Below are positions 29,573 to 39,986 of a stretch of DNA of 64,000 nt, in pieces. The notes below the pieces were generated by a model. The model ran no database searches, was not told the DNA's origin, and saw nothing but the letters and a program-made list of their open reading frames with translations. Source of the DNA: Halothiobacillus sp. (lineage in GTDB: Bacteria > Pseudomonadota > Gammaproteobacteria > JAAZVP01); contig JAAZVP010000001.1 of NCBI GenBank assembly GCA_018623495.1, forward strand, positions 55,991 to 119,990. The letters are read 5' to 3'. The stretch's first letter is position 1. The number at the start of each line of letters is the position of its first letter. Both the position numbers and the translations under genes were made by a program.

Positions 29573-30945
29573 CGGGCGCGGCACGGTCGGTGATCCAGGC
29601 ACGGGCGCTGGGCAAGGGCGTCGACCTGCTCGCGCTCCATCGTCGCGATCCCGGGCGCTATCCCCACCTGCTGGAGAGCGCGGCCCACGGCACGCCCCAG
29701 GGCCGCTACGACATCCTCTTCGCCTTTCCCGGCGAGACCCTGGTGCTCGACGCTGACGGGCTGCGGGGGCCCCATGCCGGGGCCGGCGGATTCCTCCGGG
29801 GCCTCGATGCCTGGTGGGCGGCCGAAGGGGCCGCGCCCGGCGCCGGCGAGGCGGATGGATTGCCCTTCCTCGGGGGGTGGTTCGTCTATCTCGGCTACGA
29901 GATGGCCGGCGAGGTGGAACCCACCCTGGAACTGCCCGAATTTCCCCACGCCTTCCCGCGGGCCCTGGCGACCCGCTTTCCGGCCGCGGTGATCCGTGAC
30001 CATCGTGAAGACCGTCTCTGGCTGGTGGCCGAGCCGGGGTGCGGGGACGGCCTGGCGACCATGGCGGCCGACGTCCGCGGACTGGCCCGGGAGGCGACAC
30101 CACCGGCGCCGCTGCCGCCGCTGGCCCTGGAGGAGGAAGACCCAGCGCGCCACCTGGCCGGTGTCGAGCGGGTGCGGGGCTATATCCACGACGGTCACGT
30201 CTTCCAGGCCAATCTCTCGCGCGCCTGGCGTGCACGAGCCGAGCGCTCGTTCGACGCGGCGACCGTCTACGACCACCTGCGGCGGGCCAATCCCGGGCCC
30301 TTCGCGGCGCTGGCCACCCTGCCCGGGGGCGCGGTGATCAGTTCTTCCCCGGAGCGGTTGATCAGCCGCCGGGGCGATCGGCTCAATACCCGGCCCATCG
30401 CCGGCACCCGGCCGCGCGGTACGCCCGCCGAGGACGAGGCCCTCAAGCGCGAGCTCATCGGCCATCCCAAGGAGCGGGCCGAGCACGTGATGCTCATCGA
30501 CCTCGAGCGCAACGACCTGGGGCGGGTCTGCCGTCCCGGCAGCGTCGTCGTCGACGAGCTGATGGTGCTCGAGACCTACCAGCACGTGCACCACATCGTC
30601 TCCAGCGTCAGCGGCGAGGCCCGCGACGCGACCCGGCCCGGTGAATTGCTCGCCGCGGTGTTCCCCGGCGGCACCATCACCGGCTGTCCCAAGGTGCGCT
30701 GCATGGAGATCCTCGCCGAACTGGAGGGCGAGGGTCGCGGGCCCTACACTGGTGCGCTGGGTTACGTGAACCGCGATGGCTCCATGGACACCAACATCCT
30801 CATCCGCACCCTGTTCCAGCAGGGCCGGGAGCTGCTCTTCCGCGCCGGCGGCGGGGTGGTGGCCGACTCCGACCCCGAGCGCGAGCTGGACGAGACCCGG
30901 GCCAAGGCCCGCGGACTGCTCGCCGCGCTGGGCCAGCCCCTCTGA
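29569..30945 (+). CDS. pabB: Aminodeoxychorismate synthase component I
   Basis: Overlaps the fabF stop. Chorismate-binding domain motifs [29 protein letters not shown] and GALGY. Confidence 0.8.
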   Translation: MTGAARSVIQARALGKGVDLLALHRRDPGRYPHLLESAAHGTPQGRYDILFAFPGETLVLDADGLRGPHAGAGGFLRGLDAWWAAEGAAPGAGEADGLPFLGGWFVYLGYEMAGEVEPTLELPEFPHAFPRALATRFPAAVIRDHREDRLWLVAEPGCGDGLATMAADVRGLAREATPPAPLPPLALEEEDPARHLAGVERVRGYIHDGHVFQANLSRAWRARAERSFDAATVYDHLRRANPGPFAALATLPGGAVISSSPERLISRRGDRLNTRPIAGTRPRGTPAEDEALKRELIGHPKERAEHVMLIDLERNDLGRVCRPGSVVVDELMVLETYQHVHHIVSSVSGEARDATRPGELLAAVFPGGTITGCPKVRCMEILAELEGEGRGPYTGALGYVNRDGSMDTNILIRTLFQQGRELLFRAGGGVVADSDPERELDETRAKARGLLAALGQPL

Positions 30946-30951
30946 GCGATC

Positions 30952-31779
30952 ATGCCGGGCATGTGGATCGACGGACACGAGACCGAATGCCTGCCGGGCG
31001 ACGACCGTGGCCTGGCCTACGGTGACGGGCTGTTCGAGACCCTGGCGGTGATCGGCGGCCGGGTACGCCACGCGGAAGCCCATCTCGACCGGCTGGAGGC
31101 GGGCTGCCGGCGCCTGGGTATCGCACCCCCGGCGCGCGCGACCCTGGCGGCGGAGCTGGCCGGCCATGCCCGCGATCGCGAGCGGGCGGTGCTCAAGCTG
31201 ATCCTCACCCGGGGGTCGGGCGGGCGGGGCTATGCGCCCCCGCGGCTCGCCGAGCCGCGCTGGATCGTTCGCCTCGCGGACTGGCCGGACCGCCCGCATA
31301 CGCTCTGGCGCGAGGGCCTGGTGATGCGGATCTGCGAGACCCGCCTGGCCATCCAGCCGCGGCTGGCGGGCATCAAGCACCTCAACCGCCTGGAACAGGT
31401 GCTGGCCCGCGCCGAGTGGGACGACCCGGAGATCCACGAGGGCCTGGTGCGGGACACCGAGGGCCGCGTGATCGAGGGCGTGATGAGCAATCTCTTCTTC
31501 CGCCGGGGCGGGACCTGGCATACGCCTGCGCTGGAACGCTGCGGCGTGGCCGGGGTGACCCGCCAGCGGGTACTGGAGGCCGCCGGCGAGGAGGGCCTCG
31601 GGGTGCACGTGGGTGACTACGACCTGGAGGCCGTGCTCGGGGCCGAGGCGGCCTTTGCCTGCAACACCCTGCTGGGCGTATGCCCGGTACGGCGTATCGG
31701 GGAACGCGACTACGGCGTTCACCCGGAGACGCGCCGGTTGATGGCGCGGATCAACCCGGAAGACATGCATGCTGGCTAG
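30952..31779 (+). CDS. pabC: Aminodeoxychorismate lyase (class IV aminotransferase fold)
   Basis: GLAYGDGLFET. Conserved catalytic lysine in AGIKHLNRLE. EGVMSNLFF. Confidence 0.75.
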   Translation: MPGMWIDGHETECLPGDDRGLAYGDGLFETLAVIGGRVRHAEAHLDRLEAGCRRLGIAPPARATLAAELAGHARDRERAVLKLILTRGSGGRGYAPPRLAEPRWIVRLADWPDRPHTLWREGLVMRICETRLAIQPRLAGIKHLNRLEQVLARAEWDDPEIHEGLVRDTEGRVIEGVMSNLFFRRGGTWHTPALERCGVAGVTRQRVLEAAGEEGLGVHVGDYDLEAVLGAEAAFACNTLLGVCPVRRIGERDYGVHPETRRLMARINPEDMHAG

Positions 31780-32779
31780 GCTGTTGCGCTGGGGACTGGT
31801 GCTGTTGCTGTTGCTGGCCGGGGCGGCGGCACTGGCGGCCTGGCACGTGCAGCGGTTCCTGGAGGGGCCCATCGGCTCGCCGGAGCAGACCCACCGGCTG
31901 GTGATCGAGCGCGGCGAGAACCTGCGCGGCGTGGCCCGGGAGCTGGAGGCGGCGGGGATGATGCCCGAACCGCTGCTGCTGGTGGCCCTGGGGCGCTGGA
32001 CCGGGCAGGCGGCGCGGATCCAGGCGGGCGAGTATCGCGTGCGCGGCGAATGGCGCCCCCGAGAGCTCCTCGAGCGGCTGGTGGCCGGCGACGTGGTCCA
32101 GCACGAGCTGACGCTGGTGGAAGGCTGGACCATCGACCAGGTGCGCGCCGCCGTCGCCGGACACGACGCGCTGGAGCATACCCTCGGCGAGGTGGCCAAC
32201 AGCGGGTTGATGGCGGCACTGGGCCTGGCCGGCGGCCATCCCGAGGGGCGGTTCCTGCCCGACACCTACCGCTTTCCCCGGGGCACCACCGACCGGGCCT
32301 TCCTGCGGCGGGCGGCGCGGGCCATGGAGCAGGTGCTCGACGAGCAATGGGAACGCCGGGATCCCGGCCTGCCCCTGGAGAGCCCCGACGAGGCCCTGGT
32401 GCTGGCCTCGATCGTGGAGAAGGAAACGGCCGTGCCGGCCGAGCGGGCGCGCATCGCCGGGGTCTTCGTCAACCGCCTGCGCCGGGGCATGCGCCTGCAG
32501 ACCGATCCCACGGTGATCTACGGCCTGGGCGCGGATTACGCCGGCGACCTGACCCGCGAGCACCTCCGGCGGGATACCCCTTACAATACCTACACCCGCG
32601 GCGGACTGCCGCCCACGCCCATCGCCATCCCGGGTCGGGCGGCGATCCACGCGGCCCTGCACCCGGCCGAGACCGATGCCCTGTACTTCGTCGCCCGCGG
32701 CGACGGCAGCCACGTGTTCTCCGAGACCCTGGAGGCGCACAACCGGGCGGTCCGGAAATACCAGATCAACGGAGACTGA
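31769..32779 (+). CDS. mltG: Endolytic murein transglycosylase MltG (YceG family)
   Basis: N-terminal TM helix. YceG motifs LVLASIVEKET, IAGVFVNRL, LQTDPTVIYG and YNTYTRGGLPPTPI. Confidence 0.85.
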   Translation: MLARLLRWGLVLLLLLAGAAALAAWHVQRFLEGPIGSPEQTHRLVIERGENLRGVARELEAAGMMPEPLLLVALGRWTGQAARIQAGEYRVRGEWRPRELLERLVAGDVVQHELTLVEGWTIDQVRAAVAGHDALEHTLGEVANSGLMAALGLAGGHPEGRFLPDTYRFPRGTTDRAFLRRAARAMEQVLDEQWERRDPGLPLESPDEALVLASIVEKETAVPAERARIAGVFVNRLRRGMRLQTDPTVIYGLGADYAGDLTREHLRRDTPYNTYTRGGLPPTPIAIPGRAAIHAALHPAETDALYFVARGDGSHVFSETLEAHNRAVRKYQINGD

Positions 32780-32783
32780 GTCC

Positions 32784-33431
32784 ATGCAGCGCGGCGGTTT
32801 CGTCACCCTGGAAGGCACCGAGGGCGTGGGCAAGACCACCAACCTGGAATTCGTGGCCGACTTCCTGCGCCGTGCCGGCTGCGAGGTGGTCGTCACCCGC
32901 GAGCCCGGTGGCACCCGGCTGGGGGAGTCGGTGCGCGAGCTGCTGCTCGACCCGGACAACCGCGGCATGAGCGATGCCGCCGAGCTGCTGCTGATGTTCG
33001 CCGCCCGCGCCCAGCACCTGGACAAGGTGATCCGCCCGGCCCTCGAGCGGGGCGAGTGGGTGGTCTGCGACCGCTTCACCGAGGCCACCTATGCCTACCA
33101 GGGCGGCGGGCGGGGGATCGCTGAGAGCGACATCGGCCTGCTGGAGAACTGGGTGCAACGCTCGCTGCGACCCGATCTCACGCTCCTGCTGGATGCCCCG
33201 GTGGAGCTGGGCATGGAGCGGGCCCGGGGACGGCCGGCGGCCGCCGACCGGTTCGAGCAGGAGAAGCAGGCCTTCTTCGAGCGGGTGCGGGCCCGTTATC
33301 GTGCCCAGGCCGAGCGCTATCCCGGGCGGTTCGCCGTGGTGGATGCCACCCGTGATCTCGAGGCGGTCCAGGCCGAGCTCGCCGCGGCGCTCGAGGGCCT
33401 GGTGCAGCGGTTCGGCGGGGGCGGTGCATGA
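32784..33431 (+). CDS. tmk: Thymidylate kinase
   Basis: P-loop GTEGVGKTT. Further motifs VVVTREPGG and DRF. Confidence 0.88.
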   Translation: MQRGGFVTLEGTEGVGKTTNLEFVADFLRRAGCEVVVTREPGGTRLGESVRELLLDPDNRGMSDAAELLLMFAARAQHLDKVIRPALERGEWVVCDRFTEATYAYQGGGRGIAESDIGLLENWVQRSLRPDLTLLLDAPVELGMERARGRPAAADRFEQEKQAFFERVRARYRAQAERYPGRFAVVDATRDLEAVQAELAAALEGLVQRFGGGGA

Positions 33432-34420
33432 ACGACCCCGGGCTTTTCTGGCAGGCGGGTGCCTGGCAGCGGCTGGGGGCTGCGCTGGCGGCCGGCCGGC
33501 TGCATCACGCGGTGCTCATCGGTGGCCAGCCGGGGGTGGGCAAGGGCGCGCTGGCTCGCCGGCTGGCGGCGGCCCATCTCTGCCCGCGGGCGACGGCCGC
33601 GGGCGGCTGCGGCGCTTGCCCGGCCTGCCGCCAGGTGGCGGCGGGCAGCCACCCGGATTTCAGCCTGCTCGAGCCGGAGGAGCCGGGCAAGGCCCTGCCG
33701 ATCGACGCGGTCAGGGGCTTTGCCGGCCAGCTGGCGCTCACCAGCCAGTACGGTCACGGCAAGGTGGGGATCGTCGAGCCGGCCGAGCAGATGACCGTCG
33801 CGGCGGCCAATGGCCTGCTCAAGACCCTCGAGGAACCGGCTCCGGGCACGCTGCTGATCCTGGTCAGCGCCGAGCCGGGCCGGCTGCTGCCCACCATCCG
33901 TTCCCGCTGTCTGCAGGTCACGGTGCCGGCACCCGAGCCCGAGGCGGCCCTCGCCTGGCTGGCCGAGCGCCTGGAGGAGCCGGCGGTGGCCGGGGAGGCC
34001 CTGGCGGCGGCCCGTGGCGGCCCCCTGCGGGCCCTGGCACTGGCGGGCGAGGGGGCGCTGGAGGCCCGCCGGCGCTGGCACGCGGCGGTGGTGGCGGTGG
34101 CCTCGGGCCAGGCCGATCCCGTCTCGGCCGCGGCCGACTGCACCCGGGACGACGTCCGCCGGCAGCTCGAGTGGCTGCAACAGTGGGTCGCCGACCTGGC
34201 GCGTATGGCCGCGGGCGGGGCGCCGCGGCCGGGGAGTGCGCCGGAGGCGGAGTTGCAGCCCCTGCGGCAAACGACTAACGTGGAACGGGCGTTGGCGCTG
34301 TCGGGGGCCCTGGCCCGCCTGCGGCAGGGCCTGGTGGACACCAACCCCAACGCGGAGCTCCTGCGCGAGGAGATCCTGACCCTGTTGGCCGGGCAAGACA
34401 CCCGGCCGGGCGCATCCTGA
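33428..34420 (+). CDS. holB: DNA polymerase III subunit delta'
   Basis: ATGA overlap with tmk. LHHAVLIGGQPGVGKGALA, zinc module CGACPAC, GLLKTLEEP and SRC sensor. Confidence 0.85.
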   Translation: MNDPGLFWQAGAWQRLGAALAAGRLHHAVLIGGQPGVGKGALARRLAAAHLCPRATAAGGCGACPACRQVAAGSHPDFSLLEPEEPGKALPIDAVRGFAGQLALTSQYGHGKVGIVEPAEQMTVAAANGLLKTLEEPAPGTLLILVSAEPGRLLPTIRSRCLQVTVPAPEPEAALAWLAERLEEPAVAGEALAAARGGPLRALALAGEGALEARRRWHAAVVAVASGQADPVSAAADCTRDDVRRQLEWLQQWVADLARMAAGGAPRPGSAPEAELQPLRQTTNVERALALSGALARLRQGLVDTNPNAELLREEILTLLAGQDTRPGAS

Positions 34421-34434
34421 AGGACGGACGATCC

Positions 34435-34788
34435 ATGGCACTGAGCGGCGGCAGACCCGGCATCCTCAACCTGTCCATCCCGGACAAGCAGACCCTCTAC
34501 TCGGCCTACATGCCCTTCGTGAGAAACGGCGGCATCTTCGTGCCCACCGACAGCAGTGCCTACCGCCTGGGCCAGGAGATCTTCTTGCTGCTCTCGCTGA
34601 TGGACGAGCCGGAAAAGCTCCCGGTGGCCGGCCGGGTGGTCTGGAAGACCCCGCCGCGCTCCCAGGGCAACCGCACCCCGGGCATCGGCGTGCAGTTCAA
34701 CGAGGCCGACAAGGGCCAGACCCGCAACAAGATCGAGACCTACCTCGCGGGCGCGTTGCAGTCGGATCGGCCCACGCATACCATGTAG
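34435..34788 (+). CDS. pilZ: Type IV pilus assembly PilZ-domain protein
   Basis: 117 aa with a PilZ fold. Sits between holB and tatD exactly as P. aeruginosa pilZ does. Confidence 0.7.
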   Translation: MALSGGRPGILNLSIPDKQTLYSAYMPFVRNGGIFVPTDSSAYRLGQEIFLLLSLMDEPEKLPVAGRVVWKTPPRSQGNRTPGIGVQFNEADKGQTRNKIETYLAGALQSDRPTHTM

Positions 34789-34802
34789 CGCCCGCGGGTC
34801 CC

Positions 34803-35621
34803 GTGCCCGCCGATTCCAGCCAACATCCCGGGGGCAGCGTGCTCGTCGATTCCCATTGCCACCTCGACCTGGTGGACCTCGAGAAGTTTGACGATTCCTT
34901 CGAGCGCTTCATGGCGGCCGTGGGCGAGGCCGGCGTGGGCCACATGCTGTGCGTCTCCATCGCCCTGGAGCGCTGGCCGGCGATGATGGAGCTGATCCGG
35001 CCCTGGCCGCAGGTCTCGGCCTCGGTGGGGGTCCACCCCAACGAGACCGAGGGCCGCGACCCGGAGGTCGCGGAGCTGGTGGAGCGGGCCGCGGACGCGC
35101 GGGTCTGCGCCATCGGCGAGACCGGCCTGGACTACGTCCGCACCGACGAGGGCATGGGCTGGCAGAAGGAACGATTCGCCCGCCACATCGCCGCCGGCCG
35201 CGAGACCGGCAAGCCGGTCATCATCCACACCCGGTCGGCGCGCGAGGACACCATGGACATGCTCGAGGCGGAGAACGCCCGCGACTGCGGCGGGGTGATG
35301 CACTGCTTCGCCGAGGACTGGGAGACCGCCCGTCGGGCCCTGGATATCGGCTTCTACATCTCTTTTTCCGGCATCCTCACCTTCCGCAACGCCGAATCGG
35401 TGCGCGAGGTGGCGGCCCGGGTCCCCGAGGACCGGCTGCTGGTGGAGACCGACTCCCCCTATCTCGCCCCGGCACCCAACCGCGGCAAGCCCAACAATCC
35501 CACCTATCTTCCCCACACGGCACGGATGCTCGCCGAGGTGCGCGGCTGGGACATGGACCGGCTCGAGGCGGTGACCACCGCCAATTTCGAGCGTCTCTTC
35601 GGCGTGCAGGCGGGGGGCTGA
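34803..35621 (+). CDS. ycfH: TatD-family metal-dependent hydrolase (YcfH-like)
   Basis: DSHCHLD, IGETGLDY, IIHTR and ETDSPY motifs. The true start may be the downstream GTG near 34839. Confidence 0.8.
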   Translation: MPADSSQHPGGSVLVDSHCHLDLVDLEKFDDSFERFMAAVGEAGVGHMLCVSIALERWPAMMELIRPWPQVSASVGVHPNETEGRDPEVAELVERAADARVCAIGETGLDYVRTDEGMGWQKERFARHIAAGRETGKPVIIHTRSAREDTMDMLEAENARDCGGVMHCFAEDWETARRALDIGFYISFSGILTFRNAESVREVAARVPEDRLLVETDSPYLAPAPNRGKPNNPTYLPHTARMLAEVRGWDMDRLEAVTTANFERLFGVQAGG

Positions 35622-35651
35622 TCCCGGCGGGCGCCGGGATCCGGGGATCGA

Positions 35652-35870
35652 TCAGGCCGGCTGGCGGCTGCGGTAGTCGGGGTCGAGCCAGCAAACGGGC
35701 AGGGGTTCGCCGGAGGGGAACTCCAGTTCGTGCTTGGCGAACGTGTCCGGGTCCTGGATCTCCTCGCCGGCGTGGAAGCGCCCGGCGATCGTCTCGTGGT
35801 GGGGAGCGAACAGGTCGCCCAGGGAGAGGACTTCCACCAGGTCACCGGAAGGTTTGTGCCGCAGGTACAT
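35652..35870 (-). CDS. Small conserved hypothetical protein
   Basis: 72 aa from the Met with an AAGAGGA ribosome-binding site (the ORF is open to 35930): MYLRHKPSGDLVEVLSLGDLFAPHHETIAGRFHAGEEIQDPDTFAKHELEFPSGEPLPVCWLDPDY. Confidence 0.4.
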   Translation of the reverse strand: MYLRHKPSGDLVEVLSLGDLFAPHHETIAGRFHAGEEIQDPDTFAKHELEFPSGEPLPVCWLDPDYRSRQPA

Positions 35871-36031
35871 GGGTGCGCGCTCCTCTTGCTCTGTGCGGTT
35901 TTCCGGGCGCCGGCCGGCGCCCGTCTCCAAGTCTAATCACCCCGACCGCGCTCTGCAGGGATCGCCGCCGGTTTGACACCGCCGGCAGCGCCGGTGAGAC
36001 TCTGCGCGACTGGCAACCCGGAGCACAGCCG

Positions 36032-36811
36032 ATGACCGACTACCAGCCGTACCTGGACAAGGCCGTGGAGGCCGCCCGCGCCGCCGAAGCGGTGATCCGC
36101 CACTACTACGAGGGCAACGTGGCGGTGGAGATGAAGGCCGATCGCACGCCGGTCACCGTCGCCGACGTGGAATCGGAGAAGGCCATCCACGCGGTCCTGG
36201 AGGCGGCCTTCCCCGAACACGGCTTCTTCGGCGAGGAGACCGGCAAGAGCAACCCGGATGCCGAGTTCACCTGGCTGGTGGATCCCATCGACGGGACCAA
36301 GGGCTTCGTCCGCCAGTACCCGGTGTTCTCCACCCAGATCGCGCTGATGCACGGCTCCGAGCTGGTGGTGGGGGTCTCCAACGCCCCGCTCTACAACGGC
36401 GGCGAGCTGGCCTGTGCCTGCAAGGGCGGCGGGGCCTCCCTCAACGGCGTCCCCATCCGGGTGAGCGGGAACGAGGCGCTGGAGGACGTGGCCCTGTCCA
36501 CCGGCAACATCGCCACGCTGGCGGGCTCGGATGCCTGGGCGGGGCTGGGCCGGCTGTGCCGGCGGGTCAACCGTACTCGCGGCTACGGCGACTTCCTCCA
36601 CTATCACCTGCTGGCCTCGGGCAAGATCGAGCTGATCGTGGAATCCGACGTCAACATCCTCGACATCGCCGCGCTGGCGGTGATCGTGCGCGAGGCCGGG
36701 GGCGTGTTCACCGATCTCCACGGCGGCGAGCTGGATCTCGACACCACCGACGTGCTGGCCGCCAACAGCCCGGCGGTCTACGACCGCGCCCGCGAGCTGC
36801 TCTTCGGCTGA
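36032..36811 (+). CDS. Inositol monophosphatase-family phosphatase (SuhB/HisN-like)
   Basis: Metal-binding motifs FGEETG, WLVDPIDGTKGF and the C-terminal WDIAA-like LDIAALAVIV. 259 aa. Confidence 0.75.
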   Translation: MTDYQPYLDKAVEAARAAEAVIRHYYEGNVAVEMKADRTPVTVADVESEKAIHAVLEAAFPEHGFFGEETGKSNPDAEFTWLVDPIDGTKGFVRQYPVFSTQIALMHGSELVVGVSNAPLYNGGELACACKGGGASLNGVPIRVSGNEALEDVALSTGNIATLAGSDAWAGLGRLCRRVNRTRGYGDFLHYHLLASGKIELIVESDVNILDIAALAVIVREAGGVFTDLHGGELDLDTTDVLAANSPAVYDRARELLFG

Positions 36812-37686
36812 TCCGCCGGCTCGTCGGCCCCGTCCCGCAGCATGTCGATCATCGCCCGGCTGGCGTTGGACAGCGTCCGCCGGGCGTGATGGACCACGCC
36901 CAGCCGGCGGCGCATCGCCACGCCCGCGACCCGGATTTCCTCCACCCCGTCGCCGAGCATGGTCCTCGGCAGCGCGCTCCAGCCCAGGCCCGCGGCCACC
37001 ATGGTGCGGATGGTCTCCAGGTAGTGGGTCTCGATCAGCACGTCCAGGCCGGCCGCCCCGGTGGTCGCTTCGATGATCTCGCGGGTATAGGTGCCGGCGG
37101 CGGGCAGGATGGCGCTGAAGCCGGCGAGGTCGGCCACCGCCGGCCATTCCCGGGCGGCGAGCGGGTGGTCGGTGGCGGCGACGATCACCAGCGGATCCTC
37201 CCACAGGGGCTGGACCTGCAGGTTGCCAGGGGGCTCCGGGGGCAGGGTGATCACGCCCAGTTCGAAATCGCCCCGTTCCACCGCCTCGCGGGCCCGTTCC
37301 GAGCCCATGAAATCCAGGTCGAGGCGCACCTCGGGGTAGGTCTTGTGAAAGCGGCGCAGGGTATCGGGCATGCGCCGCAGGCCGATGTGGTGCGAGGTGA
37401 CCAGGGGCAGGGCACCGCGTACCGTGCCACGGAGATTGTCGATCGCCCGGCGTCCCTCGCGCATGTCGGCGAGCACCCTGCGGGCCAGCGGCTCCAGGGT
37501 GCGGCCGGCCTCGGTGAGCACCACGCGTCGTCCCAGGCGATCGAAGAGCCGGGCGCCCAGCTCGCCTTCCAGCGCCGCCACCCGCTTGCTCACCGCCGGT
37601 TGGGTGAGGTGGATGCGTTCGCCGGCGCGGGAGAACGAGCCGGTCTCGGCAACGGCGACGAAGGCAGCGAGATCCTGGACATCCAT
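36778..37686 (-). CDS. LysR-family transcriptional regulator, divergent from leuC
   Basis: N-terminal HTH LAAFVAVAETGSFSRAGERIHLTQPAVSKRVAALE. LysR substrate-binding domain. Confidence 0.85.
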   Translation of the reverse strand: MDVQDLAAFVAVAETGSFSRAGERIHLTQPAVSKRVAALEGELGARLFDRLGRRVVLTEAGRTLEPLARRVLADMREGRRAIDNLRGTVRGALPLVTSHHIGLRRMPDTLRRFHKTYPEVRLDLDFMGSERAREAVERGDFELGVITLPPEPPGNLQVQPLWEDPLVIVAATDHPLAAREWPAVADLAGFSAILPAAGTYTREIIEATTGAAGLDVLIETHYLETIRTMVAAGLGWSALPRTMLGDGVEEIRVAGVAMRRRLGVVHHARRTLSNASRAMIDMLRDGADEPADQPKSSSRARS

Positions 37687-37784
37687 CTATTCCCTCCTGG
37701 AATGAAAATAATGACAACAATGAATTGGTGTTATTATAAAACCCCTTCTAGACTGTTTCCATGAATCGGTCACGGGAGGCTCCA

Positions 37785-39188
37785 ATGGCAGGCAAGACCC
37801 TCTACGACAAGCTCTGGGACGCGCACGTGGTGCGCACCGAGGACGACGGCACGGCGTTGCTCTACATCGACCGCCAGCTGGTCCACGAGGTGACCAGCCC
37901 GCAGGCCTTCGAGGGATTGCGCCTGGCCGGGCGCCAGCCCTGGCGGCGGGACGCGGTGCTGGCCACCGCCGACCACAACGTGCCCACCACCGACCGCAGC
38001 AAGGGGATCGCCGACCCGGTGTCGCGCATCCAGGTGGAGACACTGGACCGCAACTGCAACGAGTTCCGGATCCAGGAATTCGGCATGGCCGATCGCCGCC
38101 AGGGGATCGTCCACGTGGTGGGCCCGGAGGAGGGCTTCACCCTGCCGGGGATGACCGTGGTCTGCGGGGACTCGCACACCTCCACCCACGGCGCGCTGGG
38201 GGCGTTGGCCTTCGGCATCGGCACCTCCGAGGTGGAGCACGTGCTGGCCACCCAGACGTTGTTGCAGAAGAAGTCGCGTTCCATGCTGGTGCGCGTCGAC
38301 GGCGAGCTGGGCAAGGGCGTGACCGCCAAGGACGTGGTGCTCGCCATCATCGGCGAGATCGGCACTGCCGGTGGCACCGGCTACGCCATCGAGTTCGGGG
38401 GCGACGTCCTGCGCCAGCTCTCCGTCGAGGGCCGCATGACGGTCTGCAACATGGCCATCGAGGCCGGCGCCCGGGCGGGCATGGTGGCCGTGGACGACAA
38501 GACCATCGACTACGTCCGCGGCCGGCCCTTCGCCCCCCGGGGCGAGCACTGGGAGGCGGCCGTGGAGGCCTGGCGGGACCTGCACAGCGACCCGGACGCC
38601 CGGTTCGACCGCACGGTGGTGCTCGACGGTTCGCGCATCGAGCCCACGGTGAGCTGGGGGACCTCCCCGGAGATGGTGGCCCCGGTGGGCGAGCGGGTGC
38701 CCGACCCGGACGCCGAGAGCGACCCGGTCAAGGCCGAGGGCATGCGCAAGGCGCTGGCCTACATGGGGCTCGAGCCGGGCACGCCGATCACCGAGATCCG
38801 TCCCGACCGGGTGTTCATCGGCTCGTGCACGAATTCGCGCATCGAGGACCTCCGGGCGGCCGCCGAGGTGGTCCGCGGCCACCACGTGGATCCCGGCCTC
38901 AAGCAGGCCATGGTGGTGCCGGGCTCCGGGCTGGTGAAGCAGCAGGCCGAGCAGGAGGGGCTCGACCGGGTCTTCACCGAGGCCGGCTTCGAGTGGCGCG
39001 AGCCCGGCTGTTCCATGTGCCTGGCGATGAACGCCGACCGGCTGGAGCCGGGCGAACGCTGCGCCTCCACCTCGAACCGCAACTTCGAGGGCCGCCAGGG
39101 GCAGGGCGGTCGCACGCACCTGGTGAGCCCCGCGATGGCGGCCGCGTCGGCCATCGCCGGCCACTTCACCGACGTCCGCGCGTTGTGA
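37785..39188 (+). CDS. leuC: 3-isopropylmalate dehydratase large subunit
   Basis: [16 protein letters not shown]... Aconitase-family Fe-S cysteines ([16 protein letters not shown]). Confidence 0.93.
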   Translation: MAGKTLYDKLWDAHVVRTEDDGTALLYIDRQLVHEVTSPQAFEGLRLAGRQPWRRDAVLATADHNVPTTDRSKGIADPVSRIQVETLDRNCNEFRIQEFGMADRRQGIVHVVGPEEGFTLPGMTVVCGDSHTSTHGALGALAFGIGTSEVEHVLATQTLLQKKSRSMLVRVDGELGKGVTAKDVVLAIIGEIGTAGGTGYAIEFGGDVLRQLSVEGRMTVCNMAIEAGARAGMVAVDDKTIDYVRGRPFAPRGEHWEAAVEAWRDLHSDPDARFDRTVVLDGSRIEPTVSWGTSPEMVAPVGERVPDPDAESDPVKAEGMRKALAYMGLEPGTPITEIRPDRVFIGSCTNSRIEDLRAAAEVVRGHHVDPGLKQAMVVPGSGLVKQQAEQEGLDRVFTEAGFEWREPGCSMCLAMNADRLEPGERCASTSNRNFEGRQGQGGRTHLVSPAMAAASAIAGHFTDVRAL

Positions 39189-39198
39189 GGCGGCGGGC

Positions 39199-39333
39199 AT
39201 GAAGACCATCAGCGCGGCAACACGGGTCCTCGCCCTGTTCCTGGGCGGCTGCAGCACCATGGAAGGGCTCGGCCAGGACATCGAGACACTGGGCGGGACG
39301 ATCGAAGACAAGGCACGCGAGGCGAAGGATTGA
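39199..39333 (+). CDS. Entericidin A/B-family small lipoprotein (44 aa), absent from the ORF track
   Basis: GAGG ribosome-binding site 9 nt upstream. [44 protein letters not shown]: lipobox LGGC followed by the entericidin core G(L/V)GxDIxxxGxxI. Packed between the leuC stop and the leuD start. Confidence 0.65.
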   Translation: MKTISAATRVLALFLGGCSTMEGLGQDIETLGGTIEDKAREAKD

Positions 39334-39335
39334 CC

Positions 39336-39986
39336 ATGGAACCATTCAAGCGCATGAGCGGCATCGTGGCCCCGTTGGACCGCTCCAACGTGGATACCGA
39401 CGCCATCATCCCCAAGCAGTTTCTCAAGTCGGTCAAGCGCACCGGCTTCGGCCCCAACGCCTTCGACGACTGGCGCTACCTGGATGCCGGCGGGCCCGGC
39501 ATGGACAACAGCCAGCGGCGCAAGAACCCGGATTTCGTGCTCAACCAGGCCCCGTTCGACCGGGCCACCATCCTGCTGGCCCGGGAGAACTTCGGCTGCG
39601 GCTCCTCCCGCGAGCACGCCGTCTGGGCGCTCACCGACTTCGGCTTCCGGGTGGTGATCGCGCCGAGTTTCGCCGACATCTTCTTCAACAACAGCTTCAA
39701 GAACGGCCTGTTGCCCGTTGTTCTGCCGGAAGACCAGGTCGAGGCGCTCTTCCAGGCGGTGCGGGCCGAGCCGGGACTGGAGCTGACCGTGGATCTCGCC
39801 GAGCAGGTGGTGATCCGGCCGGACGGGGAGCGCCTGGGCTTCGACGTCGATTCCTTCCGCAAGCATTGCCTGCTCGAAGGCCTCGACGACATCGGGCTGA
39901 CCCTCCAGCACGCCGACGAGATCCGCGCCTACGAAAAGCGGCGCCGCGAGGAGGCGCCCTGGTTGTTCGAAGGAAGGGGGGCATGA
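39336..39986 (+). CDS. leuD: 3-isopropylmalate dehydratase small subunit
   Basis: [30 protein letters not shown]...[14 protein letters not shown]. The track's TTG start at 39330 is rejected in favour of the ATG. Confidence 0.92.
   Translation: MEPFKRMSGIVAPLDRSNVDTDAIIPKQFLKSVKRTGFGPNAFDDWRYLDAGGPGMDNSQRRKNPDFVLNQAPFDRATILLARENFGCGSSREHAVWALTDFGFRVVIAPSFADIFFNNSFKNGLLPVVLPEDQVEALFQAVRAEPGLELTVDLAEQVVIRPDGERLGFDVDSFRKHCLLEGLDDIGLTLQHADEIRAYEKRRREEAPWLFEGRGA

Noticed and set aside
39330-39335. TTG start for leuD given by the ORF track (MTMEPFK).
   Set aside because: It overlaps the stop of the entericidin-like ORF. Alignment with LeuD supports the ATG at 39336 (MEPFKRMSG...).
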